A stretch of 64,000 bases of DNA from NCBI GenBank assembly GCA_002269645.1, contig NIVC01001759.1:107723-171722 (forward strand), in the 5' to 3' direction. The position numbers and the translations under genes were made by a program. Under the pieces are notes generated by a model. That model did not search any database. It was not told where the DNA came from and worked only from the letters and a program-made list of their open reading frames with translations. Shown piece after piece: positions 27,161-39,403 of this stretch. This stretch comes from Macrostomum lignano. Its lineage: Eukaryota. How positions within the stretch are numbered: position 1 is the first letter of the stretch; each line of letters starts with the position of its first letter.

Positions 27161-27515
27161 CTGGCCGATCCCTCGGCCGCGCCGAGGCCAGCCGCAGCAG
27201 GTCCGCCCCGTACCAGGCCACCAGCTCGCGGTCGCAGCCCACCGATTCGACAGTGTAAAAGTACAACTCATCGCCGCGCATCGCCGCAACGACGTTGAAG
27301 TCTCTGGCCGACTGGCGCAGACAAGCCAGCCAGTTGCAGCGCCTGGGCGAGGTCACGTCGTAATAGCTGACCTCAGTTGACCCCGGCTGAAACTGGCCGG
27401 ACGCGGATCTGGGAACCCGCCAGCATCTGTCCGTGGCGACCGTTGCTAGGGGCGCTTTTAGCGGGCCGAATCGAGTGCCCCTGGGAATGGCATCCCGACT
27501 CCACACCGTGGCCGC
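27161..27515 (-). CDS. prdm1: Blimp-1/PRDM1 internal exon: bulk of the PR/SET domain
   Basis: AATVWSRDAIPRGTRFGPL...CNWLACL...DELYFYTVESVGCDRELVAWYG matches PR-domain motifs (IPKGTRFGP, NWMRYV, IYFYT, ELLVWY). Acceptor aacccgcag|GCG (phase 0), donor CCAG|gtgag (phase 1); 355 bp. Confidence 0.92.
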
Positions 27516-27594
27516 CTGCGGGTTGAAAGAATTTAAATTAGAAAATTATTAATAGTGTAAGCCTTTGTTCCCGTAAATCTCTGTGCCAACACCT

Positions 27595-28320
27595 TGTACT
27601 TGTTCTTGGTTCTTGTACCTGCTCCCACACCTAATTACCCGGTTCTTGTACCTGCTCCCACACCTAATTACCCGGTTCTTGTACCTGCTCCCACACCTAA
27701 TTACCGGTTCTTGTACCTGTTCCCGCACCTAATTACCCGGTTCTTGTACCTGTTCCCGCACCTAATTACCCGGTTCTTGTACCTGTTCCCGCACCTAATT
27801 ACCCGGTTCTTGTACCTGTTCCCGCATCTAATTACCCGGTTCTTGTACCTGTTCCCGCACCTAATTACCCGGTTCTTGTACCTGTTCCCGCACCTAATTA
27901 CCCGGTTCTTGTACCTGTTCTTGCACCTAATTACCCGGTTCTTGTACCTGTTCCCGCACCTAATTACCCGGTTCTTGTACCTGTTCCCGCACCTAATTAC
28001 CCGGTTCTTGTACCTGTTCCCGCACCTAATTACCCGGTTCTTGTACCTGTTCCCGCACCTAATTACCCGGTTCTTGTACCTGTTTTCGCACCTAATTACC
28101 CGGTTCTTGTACCTGTTCCCGCATCTAATTACCCGGTTCTTGTACCTGTTCCCGCACCTAATTACCCGGTTCTTGTACCTGTTCTCACACCTAATTACTG
28201 ATTATTGTACCTGTTCTTGCACCTAATTACCGGTTCTTGTAACTGTTCTCACACCTAATTACCCGGTTCTTGTACCTGTTCCCGCACCTAATTACCCGGT
28301 TCTTGTACCTGCTATCATAC
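27595..28320. repeat. Minisatellite, 33 bp unit CCCGGTTCTTGTACCTGTTCCCGCACCTAATTA, in a Blimp-1 intron
   Basis: About 21 tandem copies; source of the RFLYLFPHLIT ORF. Confidence 0.97.
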
Positions 28321-29965
28321 CTAATAATCCGTTCCTGTACTTATTCTGCAACATTGGATTAAATTTATCTCAATTTCAAGCATTTAAGCCAGCGCTCATC
28401 TTTGATTTATTGATAGCTCGCATAATTTCCCTTTCAATATTTAATCCATTGATCGCATCCCAGCTAATCCAACTCCTATCAATCTTTAGTTTACATGGCC
28501 GGATGAGAACGGGGACAGGCAGGAGTCGCACTGATTCCTCATCAGGCTCTTCCCCTCTTAATCCCGCCCGCCAGCATCGGCTCCCTCATCATCCATTGTC
28601 GCTATGCGGGATTCTGTGGGCGCAAAGCTGATTAGCTCAGGGGAACACGCCAATTTTTCTCCCACCCACATCGTTGCGTGTTTTCCGGAAGAAGCAAAGT
28701 GAGCACTGCTCTGCTGCTGCTGCTGCAGCTCACGGCAGCAAAATGCGTGACAGCCCCAATCGCAGGGTCAGCCCCGACTGAGCAGACGTGCACGACTCGA
28801 TAGAAGGTAAAAATATGGATCTAGGACGAGGTAAAGGTTATGGTGGGATAATTTGAGCCCGATGAAAAAGTATAGAGAGAGAGAGAGAGAAAGCACAGTG
28901 AGGATCACAATGGCAGCACAGATCCCACACGGATGGAGGACATCCGCGTGGTGGCCACCCACATCCCCCGAGCAGTTCTCCTCACTTCCCGGCTTCCTGT
29001 TTCCTCTTCGCTAGCCCAGCTCACGGGTTTCCAGCCCGAAAAAAATATATAAATAAATGGATTCGCAATAAATTCTAACGCTTTCGCCTCCCAACTACCC
29101 GTATATGAAAGTTAAGTGCGCGGAATTAGTCTCACTGCATCACCCTGTCACCCCTTTCTGAGCCCGCATTCAGCCTCCAATCGTGTGCTCAGTTTGCGTC
29201 ACGAAACGGCGTTGGCGGAGGGGGGGAGTCGTTTGAGCCCTACGGCAATTTTTAGCTACTTAATTTTCTAGGAAAAGTCATAAAAAACGCGTTGAATTTC
29301 GCAAAAACAAACAACAATTCGACGGCAGGCGCAGCGGGTAAAGTGCCGAATGGTCGGGCGGGTTGTTGTGCAATTCGAATTTCGCACTGACTGGTGGACT
29401 GTCTCCCACAGGCAAGGGTGCCGGTCACTTGCTGCCCTCGAGCTCAACAAGTCCATGTAGGGTAGGGTGATTCAGATTGGGGCCAATAAAAATAAACCAC
29501 CCCGATTTCCACCAGGTGTGTTGCGCGAGAGAGTCCATTGTTTTCATTTAATCCAACTGCGCAGGCATATGGGAACCGAATTGATTTTAACAACAACAAA
29601 GATCGACACAGATTTTCAAACTGTTAGTTAGTAGAGCCGGTGACCAAGTCAAACATGACTGGAGATGGTGCGGCAGGGAGCAGAGCAAACAGGCGCCACT
29701 TCTCAGCCCCCCAACTGTTTATTCTGCCAACTCTCTCCAGCCACTGTTTTTGATTCTTCACTCAGCCAGTTGAGATGCTGAGAGCTGAGCTGCTGCTGTC
29801 GCTGAGCCCTATAATTTGCTATTATTAGAGAGCCACTCCAGTTCGGTCAAGTGAAAACTCGCGCGGCCCCTGTGCACCGGCGGGCTGCATCCAGAAATGC
29901 AGACACTCTCTCTCCCTCTCTGACACACAATAGGCCATTTCGAGCTTTCTGTCAATAATAAATAC

Positions 29966-30111
29966 NNNNNNNNNNNNNNNNNNNNNNNNNNNNNNNNNNN
30001 NNNNNNNNNNNNNNNNNNNNNNNNNNNNNNNNNNNNNNNNNNNNNNNNNNNNNNNNNNNNNNNNNNNNNNNNNNNNNNNNNNNNNNNNNNNNNNNNNNNN
30101 NNNNNNNNNNN
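29966..30111. other. Assembly gap (146 N) flanked by a duplicated ~780 bp segment
   Basis: 29179-29965 recurs at 30112-30890, differing mainly by 1-bp indels. Confidence 0.97.
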
Positions 30112-33100
30112 AATCGTGTGCTCAGTTTGCGTCACGAAACGGCGTTGGCGGAGGGGGGAGTCGTTGAGCCCTACGGCAATTTTAGCTACTTAATTTTCTA
30201 GGAAAAGTCATAAAAAACGCGTTGAATTTCGCAAAAACAAACAACAATTCGACGGCAGGCGCAGCGGGTAAAGTGCCGAATGGTCGGCGGTTGTTGTGCA
30301 ATTCGAATTTCGCACTGACTGGTGGACTGTCTCCCACAGGCAAGGGTGCCGGTCACTTGCTGCCCTCGAGCTCAACAAGTCCATGTAGGGTAGGGTGATT
30401 CAGATTGGGGCAATAAAAATAAACCACCCGATTTCCACCAGGTGTGTTGCGCGAGAGAGTCCATTGTTTTCATTTAATCCAACTGCGCAGGCATATGGGA
30501 ACCGAATTGATTTTAACAACAACAAAGATCGACACAGATTTTCAAACTGTTAGTTAGTAGAGCCGGTGACCAAGTCAAACATGACTGGAGATGGTGCGGC
30601 AGGGAGCAGAGCAAACAGGCGCCACTTCTCAGCCCCCAACTGTTTATTCTGCCAACTCTCTCCAGCCACTGTTTTTGATTCTTCACTCAGCCAGTTGAGA
30701 TGCTGAGAGCTGAGCTGCTGCTGTCGCTGAGCCCTATAATTTGCTATTATTAGAGAGCCACTCCAGTTCGGTCAAGTGAAAACTCGCGGGCCCCTGTGCA
30801 CCGGCGGGCTGCATCCAGAAATGCAGACACTCTCTCTCCCTCTCTGACACACAATAGGCCATTTCGGAGCTTTCTGTCAATAATAAATACTGAATGAGTA
30901 ACAAAAAGAAGGCAAATATGCGCTGCTAACTGGCTGAGGCTCAGACTAAAGTGTCTTGGACAAATTTGGTCTAGGAAATTAGCCGCAGTATCTGATCTAA
31001 CCTGACCTGACAGAGGCGCTAAGCAGTAGGCATTGGTACAGTGGCGAAATTGTGCGTGTTTGCTTCATCTCTTCACCGGCTGACTGACACATCGACAATG
31101 AAAAGAGAGTAAAAATTGACTCAGTGTGTTTGTTTGGAGTCACACAGCAGCTGTGCTGGGCACAGATTTTGATGCAGACGGAAAACTGAGAGGGTTGAAG
31201 TCGCACCAAAAGCTTGGAGATGACTAGCCTTCTTAGTTTCCATTCTCTCATCATGAAATCCGGCGTTGAACTCTTTCACCTCGCTAACAAGGAATTTGAT
31301 GGTGACAAAAGATGGCCCTCTGAATGCAATAATGGCATCGTGACAGCTTGGCCTGCCACTTGTCGTAATGAAAGACGCTGCTGCCTAAAAACTGTAAGTT
31401 TGAGGCGATTTGGCCCAGGCTTGCACTGTAAACAGAGGCGACGGGACGATCAACTTTCAAATGGTTTTGAATTGAAATCATTTCTCATTTTTTTCCTCAA
31501 AAATCCCCGATTTCCCGGTGCCAAGCCAGCTATCGAGTGTCAAGAACTGGCCAAAAAAATCTTTCCAAACTAAGATTTCGGCTATGAGGCTCATGCTGAA
31601 CGAACTCGGAACACAGAGGATGAGGTGGGAAGAAACGAGACAGAATCCCTCCCGTGGTCCGGCTCTTTTTGATGGGAGGCGCGCAGTGTGGAGCAGAGAA
31701 GAGCTGCGGAGTGGAGGAGCAGCCCTTTGTCTCAGCGGCATTGTCAGTCAGGGCCGCCACTTCAGCCATCGCCCCTTTCCAACCGCCGATGTCTCTCGAC
31801 AACACGCAGTTGTTTCTCCCGCTCTGCAGGACAGAGTCTATCAGCGATCCCCTTCGGCGGCATTGTCGGCTTAGTTTGGGATTTCTGCCGGCTGCATCAA
31901 ACCAATAGACTCATCGCAACCCCATCTCGCCCTGCTCAGGACGCGACTGGACTGGCTGCTGCTGCTGCTGCTGCTGAGTGCCTGCCCTGTCGGAAGTCCC
32001 TGAGTTTTGTCAGACGGCAAGCAGGGCAGCCGCAGATGTGTGAACTGGCCGGGAGAAACTGCAGACTGCCCGGGCAGGCAGGGAAAGGCCGGCACAACAG
32101 CTTGAGGACTTTCTCCCTCCCCGCTGCCAGAGACTCTCACTGACAGAGAAGCAGAGCGACTTGAAGATTTCACTACGCAGCTCAAAAGCCGTGGCAAGCA
32201 GACCACTCAAAGCTTCCAGTTTCTCCCTTTCAAACGTTCCGCACAGTTCAACTGAAGCGTGTCTGTTCACACTTTTTCCCTTCAATCCTCAACGCAATTT
32301 TTAAGCAGTTTAAGAGGCCTTTGCATCGCGAGCAGCCCGTGTCAGGCAGCCAGCAGATGCAACATTGGAAAGTGGAGCTAGCGACCTGCCCCCACTACTA
32401 TTCAGCGAGACCAGCTTTAGAATTGGCAGCGCAATGGCAGAAAAATGGAGAGTGAACTTGAACAAAAGAGATAGGTAGAGATAGCGATAGAGAGAGCTTT
32501 CACTCGGCAGGCGGGCAACGGGAGAGCTGACCTGCTAGGCCGGCAGACGCCGCTGCGGTGCCCCAGGGAGAGTGGCGTCCCGCTGTGCTTCCTGACCTAC
32601 TCTCTCTCTCTCTCTCTCTCTTTCTCCCGTCCCTCTCCCTCTCTCACTCTGCTAGTTGCTGGCACACCCACGGAGCCGGCCGGCGCCCCTGGCTGCAACA
32701 GAGACAATCGGAATAATTTACGAAGAACTTTCACTCCGGCAGTTGCTGGCGGGTCGGTCCATTTGGCTGCGACGGTAGGTTCTCAGCTCCGCTGCTGGTT
32801 GGCATTTCACTTCACTTCACTGTTTGCATCGCCCCCACTTGCCGCGCTATTTTGAAACAAACTGCTGCTGGGCGGCAGGTGATGGAAAGTTATATAGCAT
32901 TCTGGGCTGAGCAGAGGAGAATTGGACAGTAGGGAGAGAGTGTATGCGTGGGATGGCGATGGACCGGCATTCCAGTTCCCCCGCGCAGAGACCTGTGCAA
33001 TTATATTTAGCTAGAAAATTTGTGATGCAACTCTCTGAGCTCAGCTATGCAGTTGTAGTAGGCCAGGATTATGCAATTTATAATATCCTGCTCAGCTTAG

Positions 33101-35049
33101 TAGCTCAGGTGTTATCAGTAGTTGAGCATCTTTAAGACAGAGGCTCAATGTGCTATGGCCTATGAGCTTGACCCAGTTTTCAATGCAACGTTTTTAATAA
33201 TAAGTAAGCTGTGTTGCAAAACCTAACGCTTCACTTGTCAATTCCGATTGTACAGCATTGTCAGTCTGCGTTATCGTTACCCGATTAACCCCTACCTGGT
33301 GCCGCCTCCCTGACTGCCTGCTTGTGAGCAGCAAAGTATAACTGCACCAAAGGACACCATAGGTTCGATTCCGCATTAATTTGGAGGCTTGTTGTGACAA
33401 CCAACGTGACGGCATAGAGTAATTACCAAGAAAGTACCCCAGAGAGAAAAGAATTTTACTCAAGAGAATTCTCAAACTCGCATCACTAGCACTACCATTG
33501 TTACGGAGCGTTGCCCCCCCCCCACTGAGTGGGCAAAAGCAGGCGAACAATTTCTATTTCACTTCCACTTCAGACCGACCGACCCCCCCCTTGCAACTGA
33601 ATTATGCTGCAGCCTACAGTGGATGCTCTTTCGCCAGTGGAAATCCAATGAACCGCTGGGCATTGTGCCAGCGGTACAAGCCGAGGTCCTCTTGCTTGTT
33701 GTCGCATGCCCCCACCGAAAGGCTCAAAAAAACAGAATATGAGAGAAGCGTAAAGAGAAAAGAGAATTACCGGCCTCTGACACCCTGCAGCACCGCGCCG
33801 CCCCCCATCGATTGAGTTCGCCCCCACCCCCCTATGTTCCAATCTCTTTCAACTATTTTTCATCTTAAACAATTTCTTTACCAAATTGAATAATAGATTT
33901 AGAGAAGAAGCGTTTCGGTTTTACACGCCCAGATACACAGCGGCAGGGTGTCAAATGCTGGGGCTTGGTGTGCGAGAGGCGCGCAGCTGCATACTGTCTG
34001 TGGAACAGCTACTCGCATTCTCAAAATTGAATAAATTGGAATTCTGCACACCTTGCTCTTTTTGTTTAACAAGTTAAGCGTGCGGAGAGAAGTAAGACAG
34101 AAGATAAATGAGTTTGAAGCCAAGACTACGCACTCATGTTGGATAGGCTGTATGCGAGCTGGCTCACGAACCCCTACCGAGGGACCATAAATGCCGAGTC
34201 CCGGTACACTACAGTATGAACCTTCAGGGCATCTTCAACCGAAAGGAAAGTCTCGAGAAAAAATAAGGAAGCTGTTGTTATGCATGATGAGGCCAACAGC
34301 GTACATTCACCCCCCCTCTTTGGCGGCAAAGTGAGGTGAAAGAGCTGGACCTGGCTGACTCACTGGAGCAGCTCAAGTTATGATAAAGAGATGCACCATT
34401 CAACCACGCGGCCACCCTATAGAATGCAAAATTGATTCTCAATCAGGCGGGCAGAGCAGCAGGGCTGCCTCAATGCCGTGACGGGTCAGAATAGCGATAA
34501 GCTGTGGGATAACTTTTCTGAGGGGACGGTAGGTTTCATTTCCCCCTACCCACACCCACCTGAACTCTCCGTTAGAGCCCTGGGCAACAGCATTGCTCAG
34601 GAGCCAGCGGGGTGAGAGAGAGAGAGAGAGAGCCGCCGCGATGAGATCTCTCGGGTGCCGCCCGGCAGCGTCTCACTAAGTCCCCAACTCCCCCCCCCTA
34701 GCATAAAAAATCCCAGGCATTGTTGCCAGAGTCCTGGGATGAACCGTTGCGTCAACACACAATGCCTTGCTGACCGGTGGGTTAATTGATTGGATAAACG
34801 GGGCAGGAAGCCGCCTGTTACTCACGTGGTCATGGAATCAACAAGCTTTACCTCACGATAGAGTCACTTGACATCACATGCTTTGTTTTTGTTAGCGAAT
34901 TCAAAGTGCTCCGTGACATTGTGAACTTGGTTAAACTAACTCCAGGGAAACTATTTCCAATCCGATAAGGGCATAGCAGGAGTTTTTGGGTAAACGGCGG
35001 GAGTAACTATGACGCATTTAGACTCGCCACCTAATAAATGTAGTCTTAC

Positions 35050-35483
35050 CTGCCGACCGTCAACTGAGCAATGGCGCACTGTCAGATTCCTCGGCAGTCC
35101 GACAGCGGTGGATGCCGGGGAGGCGGGCCGATTGGGCACAATGTAGGTGGTCGCCCGCTCCAGCTCTTCCCCGGTGGTCGGCGTCACCTGCTGCGACTGC
35201 TGACGGCGCACTGATGGTGAGGATGACGATGAAAAAATGGAGGACGCCGATGTTGGCGAATGCGGCTCCGCTTTCGGCTGCTGCTGCTGCGAGGCCGGCG
35301 GAGGCGGCGGAGTGGAGTTGCTGGGACTGCTATCGGGCAGAGAGGTTGTTGACTGGGAAAGATGCTGCTGCTGCTGCTGATGCTGCTGATGCTGTTGCTG
35401 CTGCTGCTGCTGATGCTGCTGATGCTGTTGCTGCTGCTGCTGCAGGGCACTCGCCAACACAGCTGGACCCGATTGCTGGGAGG
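35050..35483 (-). CDS. prdm1: Blimp-1/PRDM1 upstream exon: polyQ/H tract, Ser/Pro-rich region and start of the PR domain (5' boundary uncertain)
   Basis: EELERATTYIVPNRP...GLPRNLTVRHCSVDGRQ resembles the PRDM1 segment (TYIV...LPRNL) that precedes the GVxS..IPKGTRFGP motif. Donor CAG|gtaaga at 35050/35049 is phase 0 and joins in frame to 27515. There is an in-frame TGA upstream and no in-frame ATG, so a further exon is needed; ttccgcag|cc at 35484/35483 is a candidate acceptor. Confidence 0.82.
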
Positions 35484-36294
35484 CTGCGGAATCAGTTTGA
35501 GTTGAGTTGATGAAGCATCATCTTAAGCAGTTTAGCACCGCGGAATTAAGGTTGGGGGCGGGAGGGGGAGCTGCCCCTGACGTTGAGATTATTGCTCAAC
35601 TGCAATTGGGGATTTGCCCCCCCGCCCCACCTGGCAAAAATGGTAGGGGCCATGTCCCATGACATAGTTACTTTAAAGCAGGAACGAAAAAAGCAAGCAA
35701 TGGCAGGTGCTTCGGGTGTTAGGTGGCAGCAGATCTCCTTTGAGAAGAAAAGTTGAAGAAAAGCAAACATTTGAATCAGGTGGGCCTACCGAATAGCATG
35801 GCTGAAGGTATATATATACCTGTGTATTTATTTCACTTACCAAGAAAGTAGGAGCCAACCACCATTTATAGGCGGAGCTGGGGTGTATCGCGTTAAGCCG
35901 TAGAACAGTGATTTTTAATCTGTTTGCCTGTCAGCTACTAGTCTGAGCTGCCGTCTTTCAGTAGCATTGCAAATCAATATTATAGAGAAAGCTGAGTAAA
36001 GGTGAAGGTGTTTTACAGTCTAGGCTTTTTGTTAAGTTTCTTGCTTTCACTGCGGTGTTGTTTAACCGGTGTCCTTGGTTTTGTGATGGGGCGGAGGCGG
36101 AGGTAATTCTATATTAGCTTGATTTGAAAGTGTCCAGCTAAATATTTGGGAGAGTCGGGAGAGAGAGAGAGAGAGGTTGGGGAGGGTGAAAGCAGCAGAC
36201 AGGGGGCTTTGCTGGGAGTTGAGGCGGGCGGTGCCTCATCTTGCTTCCCTTTCCATTCTGATTTCACCCCCTGCCCCAGCCACCCGGTCTCAAA

Positions 36295-36337
36295 CTCATT
36301 GGCTGACGCCAAGCGAGAGTTTGACAGCTCATTGGCT
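36295..36337 (-). promoter_or_regulatory. Pair of CCAAT boxes (AGCCAATGAG twice, 33 bp apart) upstream of Blimp-1
   Basis: CTCATTGGCT at 36295-36304 and 36328-36337, with an overlapping TGACG. Motif only; no TSS data. Confidence 0.35.
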
Positions 36338-36552
36338 CAACGGTGAAACGGTGAAACGGTCTTTTCTTGCTGGGCCCGGTTTTGAGCAGCCCTCCTCCCC
36401 ACAAATGCGACTCGCTGAGCCCCCGGTCTTTGCTCACTCTCGCTTTGCTTTCCACCGTAGCGAGAAAGAAAGAGGACCATCCAATCAAGTTTAAGCAGCT
36501 TGAGCAGACTGGCTGAGTAGTCTAGTTGGCGTGCGAATTGCTCCCTGGTAAC

Positions 36553-37222
36553 CCTAGACAGAGGGTGTTAGAGAGAGGGTGTTAGACAGAGGGTGTTAGA
36601 CAGAGGGTGTTAGACAGAGGGTGTTAGACAGAGGGTGTTAGACAGAGGGTGTTAGACAGAGGGTGTTAGACAGAGGGTGTTAGACAGAGGGTGTTAGACA
36701 GAGGGTGTTAGACAGAGGGTGTTAGACAGAGGGTGTTAGACAGAGGGTGTTAGACAGAGGGTGTTAGACAGAGGGTGTTAGACAGAGGGTGTTAGACAGA
36801 GGGTGTTAGACAGAGGGTGTTAGACAGAGGGTGTTAGACAGAGGGTGTTAGACAGAGGGTGTTAGACAGAGGGTGTTAGACAGAGGGTGTTAGACAGAGG
36901 GTGTTAGACAGAGGGTGTTAGACAGAGGGTGTTAGACAGAGGGTGTTAGACAGAGGGTGTTAGACAGAGGGTGTTAGACAGAGGGTGTTAGACAGAGGGT
37001 GTTAGACAGAGGGTGTTAGACAGAGGGTGTTAGACAGAGGGTGTTAGACAGAGGGTGTTAGACAGAGGGTGTTAGACAGAGGGTGTTAGACAGAGGGTGT
37101 TAGACAGAGGGTGTTAGACAGAGGGTGTTAGACAGAGGGTGTTAGACAGAGAGTGTTAAACAGAGGGTGTTAGACAGAGGGTGTTAGACAGAGGGTGTTA
37201 GACAGAGGGTGTTAGACAGAAG
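36553..37222. repeat. Minisatellite, 14 bp unit CAGAGGGTGTTAGA
   Basis: About 47 nearly perfect copies. Confidence 0.98.
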
Positions 37223-38170
37223 GATGTTAAAGTAATGACGAAATGAGAACTACTTCGGAGCCCCGATGTTTGTGAGCCCGAGAGTTATCCCAATCTCTCT
37301 TCCAGTCTCTTCTTCATCACCTATCCAGCATCCCTGTCATTGTCAAAATCGGAATTCGAAAGTCCCATCTTTGATCCGGAACTGAAAGAAACGGTTTAAT
37401 TTCTATCCATCACTTGAAGCGGAACCGATTTTGTTATAAATCATCCGTTCCCCCCTTGCATCCCTACAGTCCCGCAGTGTATTGTCCCGAGATGCCATGC
37501 AGAATCCCAGTTCTTAGACACCTGCTCCCCAGCCGAGCGCAACGGAGATCGATTAGATTGAGGAGGCCTTTTTGGGAACATTTTTTGGTTGAGCAGGCGA
37601 CAGGCGATGGACAGGTAGAGAGGCAGAGCAAAGGTCGCCCTTAACACAGGTTTTTGCCCATTCAATTTCGAAGCGGAGTTTTTTTGCCCTTTCACCCGAG
37701 CGCTCAAGTCTGCCACATCATCATAATGCGCCCCATGGACCATGGGCTGATCACTCGATGAGATAAGATTTGAGAAAGCCCCGCTGAGATCCACACAGTT
37801 GAAATCGAATTGAAAATTTCAGAACCCATCAGCCGTGGGGGGAGGGGATTTCTATAGTTCTAAAAGGATCGATTGACAGACAGATAGATCAACGTTTTTT
37901 GTCCCTCCCCCTTAACCCCGATTTTTTGCGAGAGCAAAAGAAGTTTTTGTCTACACGCCCGAGTGGCTCTTGCGGTCTCATGGGGAACAATGAGAATTAT
38001 TGTCACTTTCTGTTCCGGTGCTAATCAAGAGTAGGCCAGCCCCGCAGTGAAATACGATCTCGATAGCTAATTGTTAGATTAGGTTGTAAAATTCCTGTCT
38101 ACTGGTGGCCACTTAGCCCTCGGGGTTAATTACTTGTACCCGTAAAATTTTGAGAACAAAGTACAAAATA

Positions 38171-38537
38171 CATGATCTAAAATCTAGCGCATGACTGCGA
38201 GCCAGTGAGAGGAGAGGAGAGATAAGAGATGAGAGGGGAGATGAGAGGAGAGGAGAGATAAGAGATGAGAGAGATGAGAGGAGAGGAGAGATAAGAGAGG
38301 AGAGGGGAGATGATAGAGAAGAGGGGAGATGAAGATGAGAGGGGAGAGGTGAGGAGAGATAAGAGAGAAGAGGGGAGATGGGAGATGAGAGGGGAGAGGT
38401 GAGGAGAGGAGAAAAGAGAAGAGAACTGAGAAGAGACACAAACCTTGAGCGGGCCGGATTGCTATTGTGAAGTTTCACGCACCCGAGAGCCGGATAGAGG
38501 TAAAGAGGCTTCGCGGGCCGTAGTTTGCCTAGACCTG
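38171..38537 (-). mobile_element. hAT-like MITE, family copy 1
   Basis: Reverse complement reads CAGGTCTAGGCAAACTACGGCCCGCGAAGCC...GAAACTTCACAATAGCAATCCGGCCCGCTCAAGGTTTGTGTC, then a CT core, then GCAGTCATG; homologous to 39180-39403. Confidence 0.75.
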
Positions 38538-39179
38538 AATTACCGGTAAATAACTGAAGTCAAATGTCTTCAGGTTCAGGTATAGTTTAATGGGAGTTAG
38601 GTTCGTTCACAGTCACACTAACTGGGGTGTGCAAGCGCCAGACTATATCTACTTACTTAGTTTTATTTTGAGACAAAAAGATAACAGAAATCCGCAGATC
38701 TTATTTTTAGCCGTGCAATGTACATACACTAGTCGCCAATGTACATTGGTTGTGTTTTTAGTGGAGGAGGCGGCTGCCTTAAGCCGGGCCCCCAGCTCAT
38801 CCCCCACCCACGGCCGCCTCACGCATCAGGATGTACATACAGTTCATGTACATACAGATATAAGAAGAGAATCGAGAGTCGCCGTATAGTATAGATTCCA
38901 GATTTGTCTTCCAGCCATTTAGACTTTTTGCTTTTAAAGTCGTGTTAAACCTAAAAATTAGGATTCCAAACTTTAATTACTCGTAATGGTCGGCCATCTT
39001 AGGGGGGATCCCCATGACCCCCGAGACTGCGCCACTGCGATTGTCAGCCAATCAAGCCATTTGACTGCCGGCCTTAATCTTAATCTTGGCCTTTAACTTC
39101 AAAACACTAACGCTAAGCTAAACTTGTTGGCAGTCAAATGAATGGCCTGCTAGCCGAATTTCAGGGTCGCGTTGTTATG

Positions 39180-39403
39180 CAGGGGTCGGCAAACTGCGGC
39201 CCATCGAGCCTCTCTATCCGGCCCTCGGGTCCTCTGAAACTTCACAATAGCAATCCGGCCCCGCTCAAGGTTTGTGTCGCTTCTCAGCTCTCTTCTCTAA
39301 TCTCCTCTCTCCTATCTCTTCTCTCCTCTCCTCTCTTTTCTATTCCATCTCCTCTCTCCCCTCATTTGGCCCGCAGTCATGGGGATAGATCTGCCAACCC
39401 CTG
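39180..39403 (+). mobile_element. hAT-like MITE, family copy 2 (224 bp, both TIRs)
   Basis: TIR CAGGGGTCGGCA / TGCCAACCCCTG (11/12). The CAGGGGTCGGCAAACTGCGGCCC start is typical of hAT/Charlie-type elements. No TSD recognised. Confidence 0.8.

Noticed and set aside
29809-30135. 108-aa ORF containing X residues
   Set aside because: It spans the N gap and is an artefact.
31478-32285. Cluster of 85-150 aa ORFs on both strands inside the Blimp-1 intron
   Set aside because: No recognisable domain, codon pattern or consistent splice signals; GC-rich non-coding sequence explains them.
34240-34310. CCGAAAGG and TGATGAGGCC fragments suggestive of a hammerhead ribozyme
   Set aside because: The CTGANGA core and GAAA are not in the required order with pairing stems. 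No convincing hammerhead was found at other CTGANGA sites checked by eye.
39058-39140. 12-bp perfect inverted repeat CATTTGACTGCC / GGCAGTCAAATG
   Set aside because: It could be a tiny MITE remnant, but it is single-copy in this window with no TSD, so there is too little to call.
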